NCBI GenBank assembly: GCA_944391235.1 | Contig: CALXSV010000022.1 | Location: 1-44,763 of the forward strand | Length of the DNA stretch: 44,763 bases | Reading direction: 5' to 3' | DNA from: an uncultured Clostridia bacterium | Lineage (GTDB): Bacteria; Bacillota; Dehalobacteriia; UBA4068 | Shown: positions 44,355 through 44,763 of the stretch, in pieces | Numbering within the stretch: position 1 is the stretch's first letter | Layout: every line of letters starts with the position of its first letter | Notes under the pieces: model-generated | The model's database searches: none | The model's input: only the letters and a program-made list of their open reading frames with translations | What the model was told of the DNA's origin: nothing | Program-made: the position numbers and the translations under genes

Positions 44355-44763
44355 TTAATATACTCCAAACAATCGCAGTAATTTTTGCCAAAAGGAAAGT
44401 TCCTCTTCTTCAACGGTTACTGCTTTGTCTGTTTCTTCCGCTTCAATAGCCTCTGTCTGAATGACAAACTGTACCGACTCCACATTGGTATTTTTTTCAG
44501 AGACAAAGGAAACGGGATCGTCCATACTACCGCCGATAGTCTCCAGAATACTGTCAATTTCTTCATCAATCTGAGCGTTCATATCCGCTGTTTCGGTACG
44601 GAACTCGCCGGTTCCGTCAGCCATCTCCTGCGCACCATCGCAAAGGGATACAACGCCATCATATAACTCCACGGTTCCGTCATACAATTCTCCAGAACCG
44701 GATACCAGTTCTTTACTGCCCTCCGCCAAAGAGGATACTCCGTCCATTACCTGGCTGTATCCC
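44355..44763 (-). CDS. 3' end of a YhgE/Pip domain-containing protein; the 5' part lies outside the window
   Basis: The frame stays open to the window end. Heptad-like 'xxxLxxG' repeats ('LAEGSKELVSGSGELYDGTVELYDGVVSLCDGAQEMADGTGEF') are typical of YhgE/Pip proteins. Confidence 0.6.
   Translation of the reverse strand, partial: GYSQVMDGVSSLAEGSKELVSGSGELYDGTVELYDGVVSLCDGAQEMADGTGEFRTETADMNAQIDEEIDSILETIGGSMDDPVSFVSEKNTNVESVQFVIQTEAIEAEETDKAVTVEEEELSFWQKLLRLFGVY

Noticed and set aside
1-44763. Scan for CRISPR arrays, rRNA/tRNA genes, IS elements, prophage genes, toxin-antitoxin pairs and known defence-system genes
   Set aside because: I saw no spaced direct repeats, no tRNA-like T-arm (GGTTCGAATCC-type) sequence, and no transposase, integrase or phage-like ORFs. 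This was a by-eye scan only, so small RNAs could have been missed.

Overview
The window looks like a chromosomal segment of an endospore-forming Firmicutes/Clostridia-type genome. I call about 50 protein genes and found no rRNA, tRNA, CRISPR array, transposase or integrase by eye. All function calls come from motif recognition in the supplied translations. No homology search was possible, so family names are from memory. Most of the window is housekeeping, sporulation and cell-wall genes. These are the addA 3' end, a polar amino-acid ABC transporter, nth, DegV, yunB, a class A PBP, YebC, lepA, murJ, spoIIP, rpsT, leuS, rpmB, a DagK-type lipid kinase, a PflX-type radical SAM protein, larB, dapB, ymxH, dut, an M16 peptidase, a DD-carboxypeptidase, a PdaB-like deacetylase, cwlD, a hisC-like aminotransferase, a racemase-fold enzyme, a zinc-type ABC importer and a YhgE/Pip 3' end. 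The stand-out is an AT-rich block of about 6 kb (roughly 7.2-13.2 kb, minus strand). Hand-counted 60-nt lines give 22-45% GC inside it and 47-57% in the flanks. It carries one tightly packed operon: membrane-anchored SGNH/GDSL protein, DUF4358-like lipoprotein, ECF sigma factor, RsiV-like receptor anti-sigma factor, MBOAT acyltransferase, then a DHHW/AlgJ-like protein. A candidate ECF-type promoter lies upstream and a strong terminator downstream. I read it as a candidate self-regulated, stress (lysozyme?)-inducible cell-envelope O-acylation system that has not been characterised experimentally. Smaller observations are a DUF1540 mini-gene missing from the ORF track, a perfect 16-17 bp hairpin over the RBS and start of a DUF554 gene, a Cys-rich plus FN3 tail on the PBP, an orphan larB, and decayed-looking sequence at both island edges.
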